A DNA stretch of 64,000 nt from NCBI GenBank assembly GCA_032718475.1, contig JAUCBJ010001398.1, forward strand, positions 62,001 to 126,000. Direction: 5' to 3'. The stretch is from Nemertoderma westbladi. Its lineage: Eukaryota; Animalia; Xenacoelomorpha. The notes beneath the pieces are model-generated. The model was given only the letters and a program-made list of their open reading frames with translations. It had not been told where the DNA came from and did not search any database. Shown here in pieces: positions 1 to 24,985 of the stretch. The number at the start of each line of letters is the position of its first letter. Within the stretch, counting starts at the first letter, position 1. A program made the position numbers and the translations under genes.

Positions 1-78
1 CCCTTTAACCCTTATTTTCGTGACAGGTTTCATCATTTGGTATCAAAAGGCATTGCTTCATAGAGTGTATGAAGCAAG

Positions 79-680
79 ACTACTTAAGGTCAGCCTTAAA
101 CATCAGCTGGAGACAACACTCTATTGTAAAGTGTATTTTTATAATAATAATAATAATAATAATATTGGTTATTTATATAGCGCTTTTCTACGCTCAGCAT
201 ACTCAAAGCGCTTTTATTATCATTACCCCAGCAAAGCCAGGTTCCCATTATACCACTGGGTTGGCACAGGAGTTTAATCGGGGGATGAGACTTGACACTG
301 ACTAAATCACTTGAACAACGAATTGATGGTTGCTACACAAGACTACTAAGGACAGCCCTAAACATCAGCTGGATACAACAAATGACAAACGCCGAGCTTT
401 ATGGTACAATACCACCTGTATCAACCACCCTCCGTGAACGCAGATTAAGATTCAGTGGGCACTGCTGGCGAAGTAAAGACGAGGTCATACCAGATCTACT
501 TTTCTGGCAACCAATAAGTCATGGAAAGCGTAGTCGTGGACGACCGGCCATAACAGATATAGATAAACTTAAAAGAGATACTGAACTTGGGAGAAACGAA
601 ATTGCGACAACTATGGAGAATCGGGAAGCCTGGAAGGATCTCATTTCCACTGTCCGAGTTTGCTCGACCTAGTAGTAGTA
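79..680 (+). mobile_element. 5'-truncated/rearranged RTE-like non-LTR retrotransposon 3' end in an Lhx2/9 intron
   Basis: ORF 292-672 (GCYTRLLRTALNISW...LRERRLRFSGHCWRS...GKRSRGRP...REAWK) resembles the C-terminus of RTE-clade ORF2. It ends in a (TAG)n tail. The 12-bp direct repeat GTATGAAGCAAG at 67-78 and 681-692 is a candidate TSD. Confidence 0.75.
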
Positions 681-753
681 GTATGAAGCAAGTAGTTGTT
701 ACCATGGTTTTACCTTTTACCTTAGTTACAAGTGACGTTTTTATTTGTTGCAG

Positions 754-983
754 GGATGGATCAGAACCAGAACCCGGATGTGTTAGACCCCAACAACCCG
801 TACCATCAGGGGTCGCTCTCGCCTGGAGGGGGTGGTAATTCGAGAACCAAACGCGTTCGGACGAGTTTCAAACACCACCAACTTCGAACAATGAAGAGCT
901 ACTTCAATCTGAACCACAACCCAGACGCCAAGGATCTCAAGCAGTTAGCTCAGAAGACCGGACTTTCCAAGAGAGTTCTGCAG
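754..983 (+). CDS. LHX2/9: LIM-homeobox Lhx2/9 (apterous-class), penultimate exon (N-terminal part of homeodomain)
   Basis: RTKRVRTSFKHHQLRTMKSYFNLNHNPDAKDLKQLAQKTGLSKRVLQ matches the Lhx2/9 homeodomain. Acceptor ttgcag ends at 753; GT donor at 984. The LIM exons lie upstream of the window. Confidence 0.93.
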
Positions 984-1232
984 GTTCGTTCCACCTTTAT
1001 ATTATATTAAATATTTATTAAAAAATATAATATCAGTTAATTTTTTCCTTTCTTCTATTATACATGTTATGTATTCATTGTACATATACACCGCATTTAA
1101 ATGTATGCAAATTTCATTTATTATTATTAGTAATAGTAAGCGGCAATATGGACAGTGTAATACAGACATATGCATGGTAAAAGCATCAAAACCAAGGAAA
1201 TGTAATAATATATTTCCTTTATGTTTCTTTAG

Positions 1233-1799
1233 GTTTGGTTCCAGAATGCCCGAGCGAAGTACCGACGGCTAATGTTAAAGCAACAGAACGGTGGTTCGGG
1301 AGCGACAACCGGCGAGAGTGGAGGCAGTCCGAGCGACCCGGATAAATCGTGCAACTCGATGGACTCGCCGACGGGGGGACTCATGGACGACGACGACGAC
1401 GACGACGATGACGATGACGACGAACTCGCGTCGACGCTCAGCGGCTCGATGACGTCGTCGCCAGGAGAGGCCAGCGAGAACCCGTCGCCGGTGCTTACGG
1501 ACCTGGGAGGGGGGCCGAGGGACCCCCGTGGGGGGATGGGGGACCGCCGCGGGGGGATGGGGGACCTGGCAGGGGGCCCGGGGGACCTGCGCGGGGGTAT
1601 GGGGGACCTTACCTCCCTACCCCTCCTCCCGCCCTCCCTGCACCATGGTCTACCCTCCCCTTCCCCAACCCATCCAGGTTTGAACCCGGTGGTTTCCCTA
1701 ACAGATTCCTACCATCCAGGTTGCCATTCCGTCGCCAATCTCCTCTCCATGGACCAGAGGATGTGTCGACCACAACCTCTTCGAGACTTCTTCGATTAA
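1233..1799 (+). CDS. LHX2/9: LIM-homeobox Lhx2/9, last exon (helix 3 plus acidic/Gly/Pro-rich tail)
   Basis: ttttag|GTT TGG TTC CAG AAT GCC CGA GCG AAG TAC CGA CGG = VWFQNARAKYRR, in frame with ORF 1272-1799. Contains a poly-Asp tract and GGMGD repeats. Confidence 0.92.
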   Translation, partial: VWFQNARAKYRRLMLKQQNGGSGATTGESGGSPSDPDKSCNSMDSPTGGLMDDDDDDDDDDDDELASTLSGSMTSSPGEASENPSPVLTDLGGGPRDPRGGMGDRRGGMGDLAGGPGDLRGGMGDLTSLPLLPPSLHHGLPSPSPTHPGLNPVVSLTDSYHPGCHSVANLLSMDQRMCRPQPLRDFFD

Positions 1800-3609
1800 T
1801 GGTAACTCACTCGATTCTCATATAATGTTCAGCAATATAAACCATTATTTATTAATCATGGAATTATTTAATAATTCTAACTAAATATTTTGCCAACGAA
1901 ACTCCTACCTTGATTATTTTCGTTATCACAACTCTTATTTATTTTTCAGGATATCCTTCAAACATGTTGTCCTGTGTTTTTTCGTAATACATTTTCACCT
2001 CGCCAACTTTACTTACATGACGGTGGTGTTCTTCTTTTGAATATATAAATGTTATGTTAAAAATACGGTCATACTATTATTGTGCTTCTGATTATAAGTC
2101 ATTTCGAGATTTTGCTAGATTTTGTGATTATTTATTGTTGATGGTTTCCTATCAAGGCTATTTACTTTTTTACGGGGCAAAGTAGCCTACTTAAAATTAT
2201 TTTTTTCTCGCCACGGTTGTGTAGATAACATATTCTCCCCATTGAATATTAATACATTTCTGATTGGACAAAATATAATAAGTAAAATACGCAATATTCA
2301 TGAGATTTCTCATCCTAAATGAATCTCTCCATCTTCTTTGTTTGTGCATTGTGACATGTCCTCTGTCTACATGTCCTCTGACATGTCACGCTTTGGATAA
2401 TTTTGTTTTTTTCTCTGGCTTTGATGTCATATTTGGATATCAAGCAATATGATATGTTGTATATTATTAGTCTTAGTTAATTCAAATCTGTTGTCTAAAG
2501 TGTATCATACCTTTTGTCTTTTGTTAAAAGTAACATTCAACTTCTAAAAGTATAATAAACAGATATTTATGTTCAACAAGTTGTATAAAATGTATATAGT
2601 GTATCTGAATTATCTTTAGTTGTCGTTTTGGATACATTTATTTTTGATGTCTTAATCCACGTTGTAAGTATATGTCATCCAAACCAATCTTAAGATTTAT
2701 AGGTTAAACTGTTATTTTTAATTCCATCAACATATAATATTGAATCAAGTCTTTGTTGATATGACGGGTGTTATTGTGCACACACTCGTCCCATTTTCGG
2801 TGTATCACATTTTGGGCTTTTGTTTTGGGTATAATGTACTTTGTGCAATCAATCACACATTTAATTAATTATTGTACAACGTTTATATATTTATATTATC
2901 TCATCACGTAATTAGTGCGCAGTAGTTTATAGTTATAGTTTTTAATTCTGTCTGGTAGTAATTGGTTCGGTAATTTTATTACATTACTGGTGATGATACC
3001 AGCTATAATACAGTGTTTATATCTCCTGTATGTTGTGTTAGTATGTACGATTGGTTCAGTTAATTAATATTGTCATCTCTATGTACTAGGTAATCCATTG
3101 TTTCATACTTACATCATTATATTAAAAATTTATAATAATATCTCACAATTCAACGTTATCAACTTATTTTTTCGCAATTACATCCAGTGTGACGGGTCAG
3201 GAAGTGGTTTCTTGATTCCCAAAAGTACAATTTAACTGCATCGTGAAATCTTGTATCACTATTGCCCAATACGCTGTTACGTCTGTGCAGGCGCGCGCGC
3301 AGAAAATAATAATCCACAACTTTAATAAAGAAATAAAATAATTATAAAATAGTAGCAATTACGGTATAGCGATACGAGTAATTTTTTTACCAACAGCCAA
3401 CAAATTATTTATTTATCTCATCAAATCGAGTTTGACGTTATGAACTACATAATGTAATATCTATATCTAATTAGTTATTAAATAATTAATACTCAGCATT
3501 CTATAACAGGCACCATCCAATTTTGGACTGTTTTGTAAATTCTACAAAGACCAAAATCCTAACTGTAAACTTGATTCCCGTCATTGTTTTTAGTCTTTGG
3601 TTGGCCTTG

Positions 3610-3740
3610 TTAGTCATATAGAAGATTTCTGGTACCTAAGGTCTTGGATCTGAAGACCTCCGAATACGAAAAGGCAATGTGTGGTCTGCTTTAAATAAAC
3701 TAAGGTTATGGAAATCACCCGAAATCAGACCTAACCGGAT
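3610..3740 (+). mobile_element. Short decayed LINE reverse-transcriptase fragment
   Basis: Translates as EDLRIRKGNVWSALNKLRLWKS, like the post-RT region of RTE-like elements. Confidence 0.45.
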
Positions 3741-4110
3741 CCCTTTAGGATATACATACTGTACACCGGGACACTACACCAATAGCGAGTTTATCAAACC
3801 ACCCTGCAGTTTACCAACTAAAACTAATTAATACATCCAAAAATCTCCCATGCCCTCATTAGCCATAGTTATTTGCCGGTATAGCATATTAAATGAATCC
3901 CTTAAGCAATTTAACCATGTTCTCAATATTAAAGGATTACATCATTAATAACTTGGTAATGAAAACTATTAGTTTCATATTGATAGAACTTATCAATACA
4001 CCGCCTCCACTAAGAGTTTGCAACATTGCGGGCGCCAACAGTTTAGCAATGATGTGATGACATGGGTACACCAAGTGATTGATTCTATTTATTTTCAGCA
4101 ATTATAGAAT

Positions 4111-4881
<771 letters not shown>

Positions 4882-6754
4882 TTATACTTGTACTTCTGAT
4901 TAATTCACCTCAATTATATATAAACGTATCTCACATATCTACGGCTGAGAAATACAATTGGATATTCGAAAATCGGTTATAACTGTCAAATATCGAACGA
5001 TAAATACGACAAAGGATTTATGTATATGAGGATATAGTTAAGTTTATAAAATGTCTTTGTTTTTGAGGCAAAAGATATGGATAAACCACTTTGCATTAGG
5101 TTCCACACATTAACTCAGTGAAACATTAAATAACGCGTAATATTTTATCGTTTTTGTTTCTCAACTATCGCTACTTTACTAATAGTATCTATTTGAAACA
5201 ATACTCAAACTACTATATGTATGTTTTGCGTTGGTTTGTTAGCTTTTATTGTTAACATAGAGCTAACAAAGAATTAATTATTTGACATTTGTTCAAGTGT
5301 AAACGTAGTCTAATCTGTTTGATTTGCCTTTATATATGCATGAGTTCTCTTCAACACACATGTTGCCATTATTGGCTTGAATAGATCCGTTTTTATTTAA
5401 CCTTGCTCTTTCCACGCAATATGGCTACTTTCTTTGTCTAAACGTACTTATTCCGATTTTTAGGACGTCCCTAGAATAAAATCTTAAATATGACGATATA
5501 TAATATTTATTACAAGACTATATCGACTTGATGCCAAGCGGAATTAACAATAATTAATTTTTATCACGAGCCATTATGAAAAAAACACTTCAAAGTTCCC
5601 GTAAACCTCGTTTTCGATTTAGCTTCCAGGCCGCAGCGGCACCAAGCGGCACGTAGCGACTTCGAGCCCTTTCGAATGTGGTTTAGTGGGATGCAGCCGC
5701 TATACCACCACTGAGTGCAACTAAGAGCCGCTATGTGGCGCTGGGAACCTTTTCGAATTAACTGCAAAACGAGCTGCATAAAAGGGTGACGATCTGGTGC
5801 TGCTATGTCGCTAGGCGATTTAAATCAGCGACAGGGTCAGCTGCTGCACGGTATCTAGGTACCGCTGCGGCATTGCTACTAAATCTAAAACGTGTATATA
5901 TTATATGCTGATAAGTATAATATTAATTTAAGAAAAATTAGACCCGGCGGTAACTGCTGTGGCAGACATTTATTCCTTTATATGATACCCAACTTTTCTT
6001 CCCTAAATCCAAATATTACCAAGTTATAGGCGAAGACCACGCACACATATAGAGATTGTTGGTTGTGTGAACTACATAGGCCTATGGATTGATTATGTCG
6101 CATTGATTTTGAATGTGTTTACTAATTATAAATAAGCCTTTATGGAATAAATGTGGTGGGATGCATGCAGTCTGTGTAGGATGCCACACCCTTCCTTTAT
6201 TAAGTGGAGATTTGGTTTTACGGCAGGCGACTTTTATAACTAGGATAGTTGTTACTCCATTTCATTTAAGTGGAAGAAAATGAAATTAGGTTTTAATGTC
6301 TCAGATTCATCTGATAGTGTCTGATATCTAGTCTGTTCAGTTACCTGCGACACTATTGACTTCACCGATAGGCTAACCAATCTCGCCATATGGGCACCAT
6401 TTTACTGCTTCTCCCATACCGTCTCCCTTTATCAGACTCTTAAAGTACCTGGATTTATTCCACTTAAATCCCACAATAAAAATTATACGTATTTTTTAAG
6501 AAAATTACATTTAAATCGCATTATTTCCAGTCATAATTTCTAGAATTAATCTAATATTATTATCTATTAATTAATTCGAACACAGATATTTTTTAATGTG
6601 ACTTTATTTTGTTTACCATATTTCCGTATTCCTTTGTATAATAATTAGTTAAGTAATATAAATTTTTAAAACTTGTACCAAATTACGTTCGCATTTTGTA
6701 ACACATTCTTCAGGCCTATATTTTTGAGAAGTCAATGATAGGGAATTCATGTAA

Positions 6755-7068
6755 AGGCCCGTTCACATCCAACGCAACGGTACACCGCGCAGTGTACCGT
6801 AGGGCCAGCGGTACACCGCTGACTGTGAACGACCCAACATGTAGTTGTGCGCTAAACCGCGGGGTTTACCGCAGCCCATTTAATATTTAAACAATGTTAA
6901 AACAATTAATGTAATTTCCAGTTGAATTCACAGTCGACAGATAGACAATCAGTTACCGCAACGGTACCGTTGGGTGTGAACGGGCTCTGGGTAGTGTACT
7001 GCTGGCTCACCGCTTCAATACCGCTAGACTACTTTACCGCTCACGCACCGTTGGATGTAAACGGGGCT
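6755..7068. mobile_element. PIF/Harbinger-like MITE
   Basis: TIRs AGGCCCGTTCACATCCAACG ... CGTTGGATGTAAACGGGGCT flanked by TAA on both sides; internal palindromes. Confidence 0.7.
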
Positions 7069-7619
7069 TAAACTGTAAGTGGTTGATATTCTGATTTATT
7101 GGTGGTAAGAGACTTTCCGGGTGTTAGAGTTATATAGAGAGCATATTAAATTGTACAGCTTGATTGATCTTGTAGTAGTAGTGTCAAGCTAATATTAAAC
7201 CATATTTCTGCAGGCATGACATACTAAAGACCTTTACTAGGTCGTGTTATACTGCAAGGCGATGTTCGGTTTCAGAAATTGGCAATCCAATGACGGCTTC
7301 ATAGGATGTCTTGTAAATCTCGCCCAGAACCATAGAGTATAGGCCTACACCACTCATCGGTACCCTCTGGCTCTGCTGGAGCGGACCGGCGACTTTACCA
7401 GAAGCATAAAGTGATAAATTCTTAAATTTCTCGCCGTAAAGTAACATTAATTCAACCATTCCTTCACCCCGTGATCACTTTACTGTTCTCGGGTGATTTA
7501 GGGCGATCCAAATTTTACAGTTTGTATCTATCTATCTTATCTCCTTATAAGTTGCATTTTTCGTTATATTAATATGCTACTTTAATATGTTATTTTAATG
7601 TATGTTAAATAAATTTTTT

Positions 7620-7865
7620 ATATCTCGGGCCCCGAGATAACCAACCAATCAGTGAGTTGAAATATCTCAGACCCCGTAATAACCAATCAATGAGTGCGTT
7701 GAATTATCTCGGGCCCCGGGATTTTTGAATAGAAGGCTTGTGTGACATGTGTTGTTGTCATGGCGTATTATCTGAGAGTTGTCCTGTACTTGTACTGCAC
7801 TATACCTAGACTATCTGCATATCGGATTTAATTGCGATTAAGTCAGGGCCCGAGATAATTCAACT
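7620..7865. repeat. Cluster of short palindromic repeats (TATCTCGGGCCCCGAGATA), probable MITE remnant
   Basis: Motif recurs at ~7621, 7663, 7705 and, inverted, at ~7846. Confidence 0.45.
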
Positions 7866-9282
7866 CACAACTCACTGACCAATAGACGAACACACAAAAG
7901 ACAGACAGCCGCCACTAGGACCCCCAAGACTGAGGTACAAAAAGACACCAACAGAAGATGTTTATCAAACTATTGTTACTGATCTTATGTGACAACTACA
8001 GTACTATTGAATTATTGCGACATTATATTACATGCCACATTACATATACACTAAGCACTGGCGGCTATAGGAAACAATTGGTACGTTGATTAGATTAGTG
8101 TGGGTGGAGTTTAAGTATAAGGCCGGAGCGGTTTGGCTAAACGATTGTGTCACTTAATAAAACTATTAAAGTGGATATTAGAAAAACGTAGAATTTATCT
8201 TAATAATTCAACCAGAACACATCTATCTGTCTGTAGATGTTGTGCAATTGTCGGTCTGGAATTAAGTGGAGGGGTAGGGGGGTGTACATCAATTACTTTA
8301 TTGTTAAAATTAACCGAATTTACCACTCAGCCTATGACACAGCGGGACATTAAATGGACTTAATTTCACGCCGGGAAATAATATCACTACTCTACTCCGG
8401 TTCTAGTTGTCTAAATGCGCGAATCACAAAATAGGCGACAAACATTATCAAATATTATTATTATTCAAACTTTTATTAGGTACAATAATACCTTGATTGC
8501 GCGAGTTGAAATATTAATATGGCATAAGACTTTGAAGAATTCGATAAATATTGAACAGACTTGTTGGAAACCTCGGTCATAATTACTTATGTTAAAGGTG
8601 AGTAAAAGAGGATTCTAAAACTATAAATAGTCGGCAGTTTTGTCTGTCATTTGGTAAATTTAATTGTCTTTCTTTCCCTTTAAACCACTTTGATTATCAC
8701 GTGATCATGGAACAGCCAGTTACGGCTACATTCGCAGTCAGTCTAGTTTCAAGGTAAATTTAATTTTAATATTGATAATATTATATTTTATTTTATACAT
8801 TCTAGAAATATAAAACTAATTATACGCACAGCTGATTGCATAATATGTAATAACATAATTAATGAATGACGCATTGCATAGAATTAAGCCAATAAGTACG
8901 CTATTGTCCGACACGTGTGCGGTATTGCATAAACACAACATTGCTAAAGGTAATTACAATTACCGACGGAAGTTAAATTGCACTTGGAGAAGCACTGCAC
9001 GATTACCTTGCTGGTAGAAACTTTTATTTAATATACAAAAACTGAAACAAAATAATGGTGCAGATAAATTGATAACAACAATTAATTAAATATAAATGAG
9101 ATAGTATTAGTAATGAAACACATTATGAATGATTTACATGGCTGGGTTGACAGTTTCGAAAATAATTTGTATTAATAAATTTAATTGTTTTATAATTCTG
9201 AATTTTTTATTCCTAAAATCTACAAACTAAAACATTAATAAGTAAGTTGACGATGTTGTTAACGAGAAACTGTTTGTAGCGG

Positions 9283-10228
9283 CTAAACAAGGAAGACCAT
9301 CTCGTCGCTCATCATTATTTGATTGGCGTCTTCCATGGTTGCTATGGCGCCGCGTATCTCTACATCGCTGAACGGCTCGCCGGTGTTGTCCTTATTGAGA
9401 GTCTCGATAATGGAAGTCAGCGGGATCGATTGACTGCGAACCGCTGCGAACGAAGCGCTAACTGACTTACGGAACGTCGCTAAACGCGCGTCGTTGATTG
9501 GTTGACTGGCGGTGACGTCACGTGACGTCACCGCCTTGACAGCGCGACCGACCTGAACCTCCTGATCGTCCTCGTCGAAATCATAAGCGTCGTACGCGTC
9601 GCCTTGGCAACCGGGAGGCCGCGGTTTCCTCGCGGACACGGCTTCCTCCTCTTCGTCGCTCCCGTCGCTACGTCGGCGCTTCTTCCGCCGCTTCTCGAGG
9701 ACCTTATGGAAGTGAGCGAACTCGATGAGTTCGGCGGCCGCCTCGGCGTCCTCTACGTCTACCGTTTTGGCGCAGCGCGCTTTCGCGTGCGCCGTCGCTA
9801 ATCGGATCATCGTCTCCAACGTCCTCGGCGTCACCGGTTGCGTCCGCGCACTCCCCGCGTCCACAACCTCGTGGCTACGCAGCTTCGTGTACTCCTCGGC
9901 GATAAAGTCGCACGCAGGTTTAGTTAACTGGGGACGCAGCGACTTGGCCAGGTGGATGTACTTCCGCATAAACTGCAGACTCACGATCTTCCCTCCGTCT
10001 CCGTACAACGAGTTGTTCTTCTTCTCGTAAACCACCGTCTCCTTCTCCTCCCGCTCGTCCTCCTCTTCCAGGTTGCTAAGCAACTCGGCCTGTCCCCCCA
10101 GCCCCCCCAGAACATCCCCGTCGTGTTCCCCCGGGTTACGGTAGCGATGGACACGCAACACGAACTCACTGATTCGTCTGTCGTTCTCCGCTTCCACGGT
10201 GTCCAACACGATGAATATCAGATCGAAC
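9283..10228 (-). CDS. MCM3: DNA replication licensing factor MCM3, exon 4 (last)
   Basis: cccgcag|G TTC GAT CTG completes the SR/FD arginine finger. Contains PVTPRTLETMIRLATAHAKAR, a basic NLS-like KRRKKRRR and the C-terminal winged-helix region; stop at 9283. Confidence 0.95.
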
Positions 10229-11529
10229 CTGCGGGGGAATTATAAATTATTTGAAAACGAATGGAAATTTAATTATTAATTACATTTTATTTGTAAAGTT
10301 AACAATATTATTTGTAAAGTTAACAATATTATGTACAATAGTGTATCGCCCCCTAGCATTAGTATCCTTCATTGTTTTTTTCACAAAATTTTGTGTTCAC
10401 ACTCAATATTCACACTCTAAATCCAAATTTCACAACCTAAGTTTCACACCAATTTTCACACCACATTTTTTCACATAATTTGTCAACATTTGGACCTGAA
10501 ATTGATGGAAATTCGTTAACGTTATTATATTATTTATATCCTAGGTGACCCGTAATAATGTGTCACTTTTCTGATGACATGTTTCGCTTTGCATTTTTTA
10601 TCAGCTAAAAAAATGTATTTCATGTAAACATTCCGAGTTTGCTATGATACAGCTGAAATATTGGAGTTCAAATATTACAAAAATTAACCTTCGCTGGAGG
10701 CTATATATTTTATTTACTAAATACACACAATTCTAGAACACGATATATTATTCATAAGTAGCTGGGTAACAACGGTATTGCATATAATTGCATTGAAAGT
10801 CTAACTCTAAAATTATGAGTAGAACTAGTTGTGTTGGGTCATGTGGCACTATGAAAGGTCATGGTTTTGGTTTTTTGTATTTTTTTCTGCGTCTGGGGTT
10901 TCAGACAAAAATTTGAAAAAAATTCTTAGAAGAAATATTACATTATCACCAGTTAGCGAAATTTACATAACATTAAAAATTATAATAAATCTACATATCA
11001 GCTGCCACCGATGTTCACTGTTTGGCATTGTCTAGAACTTCTCTAACGAGATGCTTTTTCATCTAGCTGTTATTTCAGTTTTAGAGCCCGAATAACAGAC
11101 AATAATTATATCACTGATAGAGCTTTGAGCCAATTATTCGAAAAATTTGAATTTATATTTCTATGATAAATCCAAATTGTATTGAATTTGTTCGGTAATA
11201 ACTATTTTATTACTTTGTATTTGTAATAATTATATACATGGTGTTATAAGATATTACGACTCCACTTAAGAGCGAAAATCCGATTGTTTTTTTATACGAA
11301 AGACTGTAACTTTATATAATAGCCGGGGAAATTGTAGTTAAATGTTACAATTTTGGAATAAAGTATGTTTTACACAAATAAACGCCTGGGGGTTTATTAG
11401 AGTAAATAAACGTTTTTTATACAAATGAAAAGCCAGAGGATCTTAGAGAATAAAATTCTAAAATGTATCCTCATCTTCTCTTAGCTAACTAGGGTAAACC
11501 CAGGAACGCCTTGGTTCCGCAATCCCTTT

Positions 11530-22235
<10,706 letters not shown>

Positions 22236-22357
22236 TTAGCAGTGTGGCTGTGTTTCACTTTCAGATTCCACAAATTTAAATAAAATTACAACTACAGTAG
22301 TTCTTGCTAATTATTTAAACTAAATGTATTAGCAAAGTATGTCCCGGGCAATCTTAC

Positions 22358-22705
22358 CTGGGACTTGGCGACCGACGGATCGCCTATTAGCAACAGGTTT
22401 ATGTCGCCCCGCAACCTGGTCCCGTTCTCTAGAATCTTCTCGCAGCCCCCTAGCAGCTGACACAGAACCGCCTTCTTTATGTACTCGTGTCCGTGTATGG
22501 TTGGTGCGAGAGAGCGCGCCAACTCCTCGAACACGTCGGTGCGGGAGCGACTATACCGACGGATCTTACCGATATCCTTAGCGCTGAACGCGGGCTGCAC
22601 GTCCTTGGATAGCGTGCGTACCTGGTTGCCTAGCAGTACGGTACGGAAGGTGCCGGAAGTGAATCCTTGTTGTTTGTTTGCGAGACAACGAAAGGAGCCG
22701 ACAAC
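22358..22705 (-). CDS. MCM3: MCM3 exon 2 (Walker A)
   Basis: [14 protein letters not shown]...[19 protein letters not shown], the MCM3-type Walker A. Boundaries cacag|GTT and CAG|gtaag. Confidence 0.95.
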
Positions 22706-23343
22706 CTGTGATAGATACAATTACAAAAATTACTTGTAATATTCCGAAAGGAATTAGGCTCGCTGTTAATTGTAAGATTTATGATTTCAAAAGAATCCAA
22801 TGTAACACTTTAGCGGAAACTATCATAAACTACACAAATAAACAAACACATCCACCTACTGTTCGAGTTACAATAGTTGTCTATTGCAGCGCCGTAATTA
22901 TTTCACATTCAGCTTCACTGCCGGGAAGGAAATAAATAAAGGATATAAACCTATAATAGTGGGGCTATAGTATACATTGTCCTTTATATAAAGTAAAAAG
23001 CAGTTTGCAATTCGTTGTGAGCTAATTTGGAATGAATTTTTTAGGCCAGTTTTTTATTTGTCATACGGTAACAGGATTAATATACAGGTTGCTGAGCTGA
23101 CGCTCGCTCGCTCAACTGCCTAATTAGCCTATACATCAGTACATATCGGGTGTCGGGGTCAATGGAAATAAAGACTACTTGTCTATTTGTTTTCCTGTAA
23201 TAAGTTTGTGAATGAGAAAATTAGGAGTGAGAATGAGACAATTGGGAGTGTGTATGAGAATCTTAATTTTTCCTACTAAACGGCACCATCCACCATCCGC
23301 CCTCACATACTTACACGATCCCACCCACCCCTTCACCACCTAC

Positions 23344-24042
23344 CTGAACCCGGTCGCCCGGTTTACAACTGTCCGCCAGATCGTTGTCCAGAATAATATC
23401 CACATTCCGGGGCAGCTGTCCGGTGGGACTGGACTCCGGCATCTCCTGCAGACTGACCGTCTGGTGGTCCTTGTAGGTGGACAACCCGAACTCGGTCTCC
23501 AACACGTTGCCGTCCTCGTCCTTAGTGGGGTAGACTCCGCTGCTGGGGAACGGCTCCAACGACACCATATCGGTGTACCGCCGTTCCAGAAACTTCTTAG
23601 TAACTTGGCAGTAGTGGACGCTGCGCACGAGTTTGGGACGAACCAAGGAGCACTTTGTGACGAGCCCTTCCACGCATATAATCGAGCCGAGATGTCGTGC
23701 GTTCAGCGACCGCGGGGTCACGTGATGCGCTCCGAAACTACCCTCGAACCCAACGAAATAATCCTCGTGTTGTTTCCCGAACTCGGGATTCTCCGCTAGA
23801 ACTATTTCCTTTAGCGCTCGCTGGAAAGCGATCTGCTCCTCGATTGAGTTGCTTAGTAACGCTTTCGTTCGCTCTTCTCTTTTGCGTCGGAGGTCGTTGA
23901 CATTGACAATGAGACGAGTTTTATTGTTCGCGATCATTTCCTCAACTTTCCCTTTGTAGATTCCTTCATCTTGCTCATCATCAAGGAACTCTAGATATTG
24001 TCTCTGGAGTTCTCGCAGGTGTTGATCGGTATCGGGATCCAT
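23344..24042 (-). CDS. MCM3: MCM3 exon 1 (N-terminal/OB domain)
   Basis: [22 protein letters not shown]...[13 protein letters not shown]...[14 protein letters not shown]...CKPGDRVQ|gtagg. The four exons sum to 2367 nt (788 aa). Confidence 0.95.
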
Positions 24043-24985
24043 AATACAGAAATAATCTGTTATCTTTCTTAATCCTGTAGTTAGTCTGACTGTATCGAAA
24101 TATGCCTACTGCAGTACAGCAGTACTGCACTGGAACTGGAATACTTGAATTGCTGAATACAGAATACACTAGGCTGCTACAGTGCTAGGCTGGTAACGGA
24201 TGAACGTCAGATAGTATGGCAGTACAGCAGTATGATACAGTCAGACAGTAGTTGGTTTGGTAGTATTGCGGCTGCGGGACCTGATCAGTGTTGTAGAGTA
24301 GTAGCAGTAGCAGCAGCAGGTCATGGTAGTAGTCACATCATGAGACTGGGAGACGCAATCGTGCCTTTTAAGGTAACTGCCAGGAGAATGTATTCCCCGA
24401 GTTACAGTTTACGCCTCAAATTCAATTTGAAATTTATGTATTTAAATTTTGTATAATATCTACTGTAAAAGAAGGCAATGGAACATGTTATTTTAATATG
24501 GAACTGTCTGTGAACTGTGAAGTCTGTGGTGATCGTCTTGTTGCGGCCGGCAAAGCTTCCTACTGTAGTGGTGTGGTATGGATTTTGATTTTGAACTCAG
24601 TACTTACACCAAGTTCAGGTAATAAGTTCATGTTTCAAATTTTACATTTTTCATGAATTCAATTGTTATTCTGCAAAAGAGGGAGATTGGTGATGCCGCA
24701 CTGCTCATTTAACTCATTGAAACAAATATAAGATCATGTAAACCATTCACAAAATCTCATGATTTCGTGTAAATGTATTTTATAAGAGTTGATTTACTAT
24801 GAAACCGACTCATAGAAAGTATGCTACAGTAGATGAACCCAAGATGAACAATTAGTTTTTGGGTTAGCCTTTATTTGTCTTAAATATTTCAGTAGCGATG
24901 GGCACAGACGATATAAAAGAAGATGGTGATGAAGATACTAAAGATGTATTGTCGCAATTTGGAGAATGATGTGTTTATCTGCCGC

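Noticed and set aside
5560-5880. GC-richer patch with GCAGCGG/CCGCTGC motifs
   Set aside because: No clear termini, TSD or coding signal; probably an old repeat remnant.
23212-23799. 195-aa + strand ORF and similar ORFs over MCM3 and BDH2 exons
   Set aside because: Antisense shadows of GC-rich coding exons.
24898-24969. Short acidic ORF MGTDDIKEDGDEDTKD as the M28 gene start
   Set aside because: It stops at TGA before the donor. The ATG at 24986 gives a hydrophobic leader in the correct phase; at most this is a uORF.
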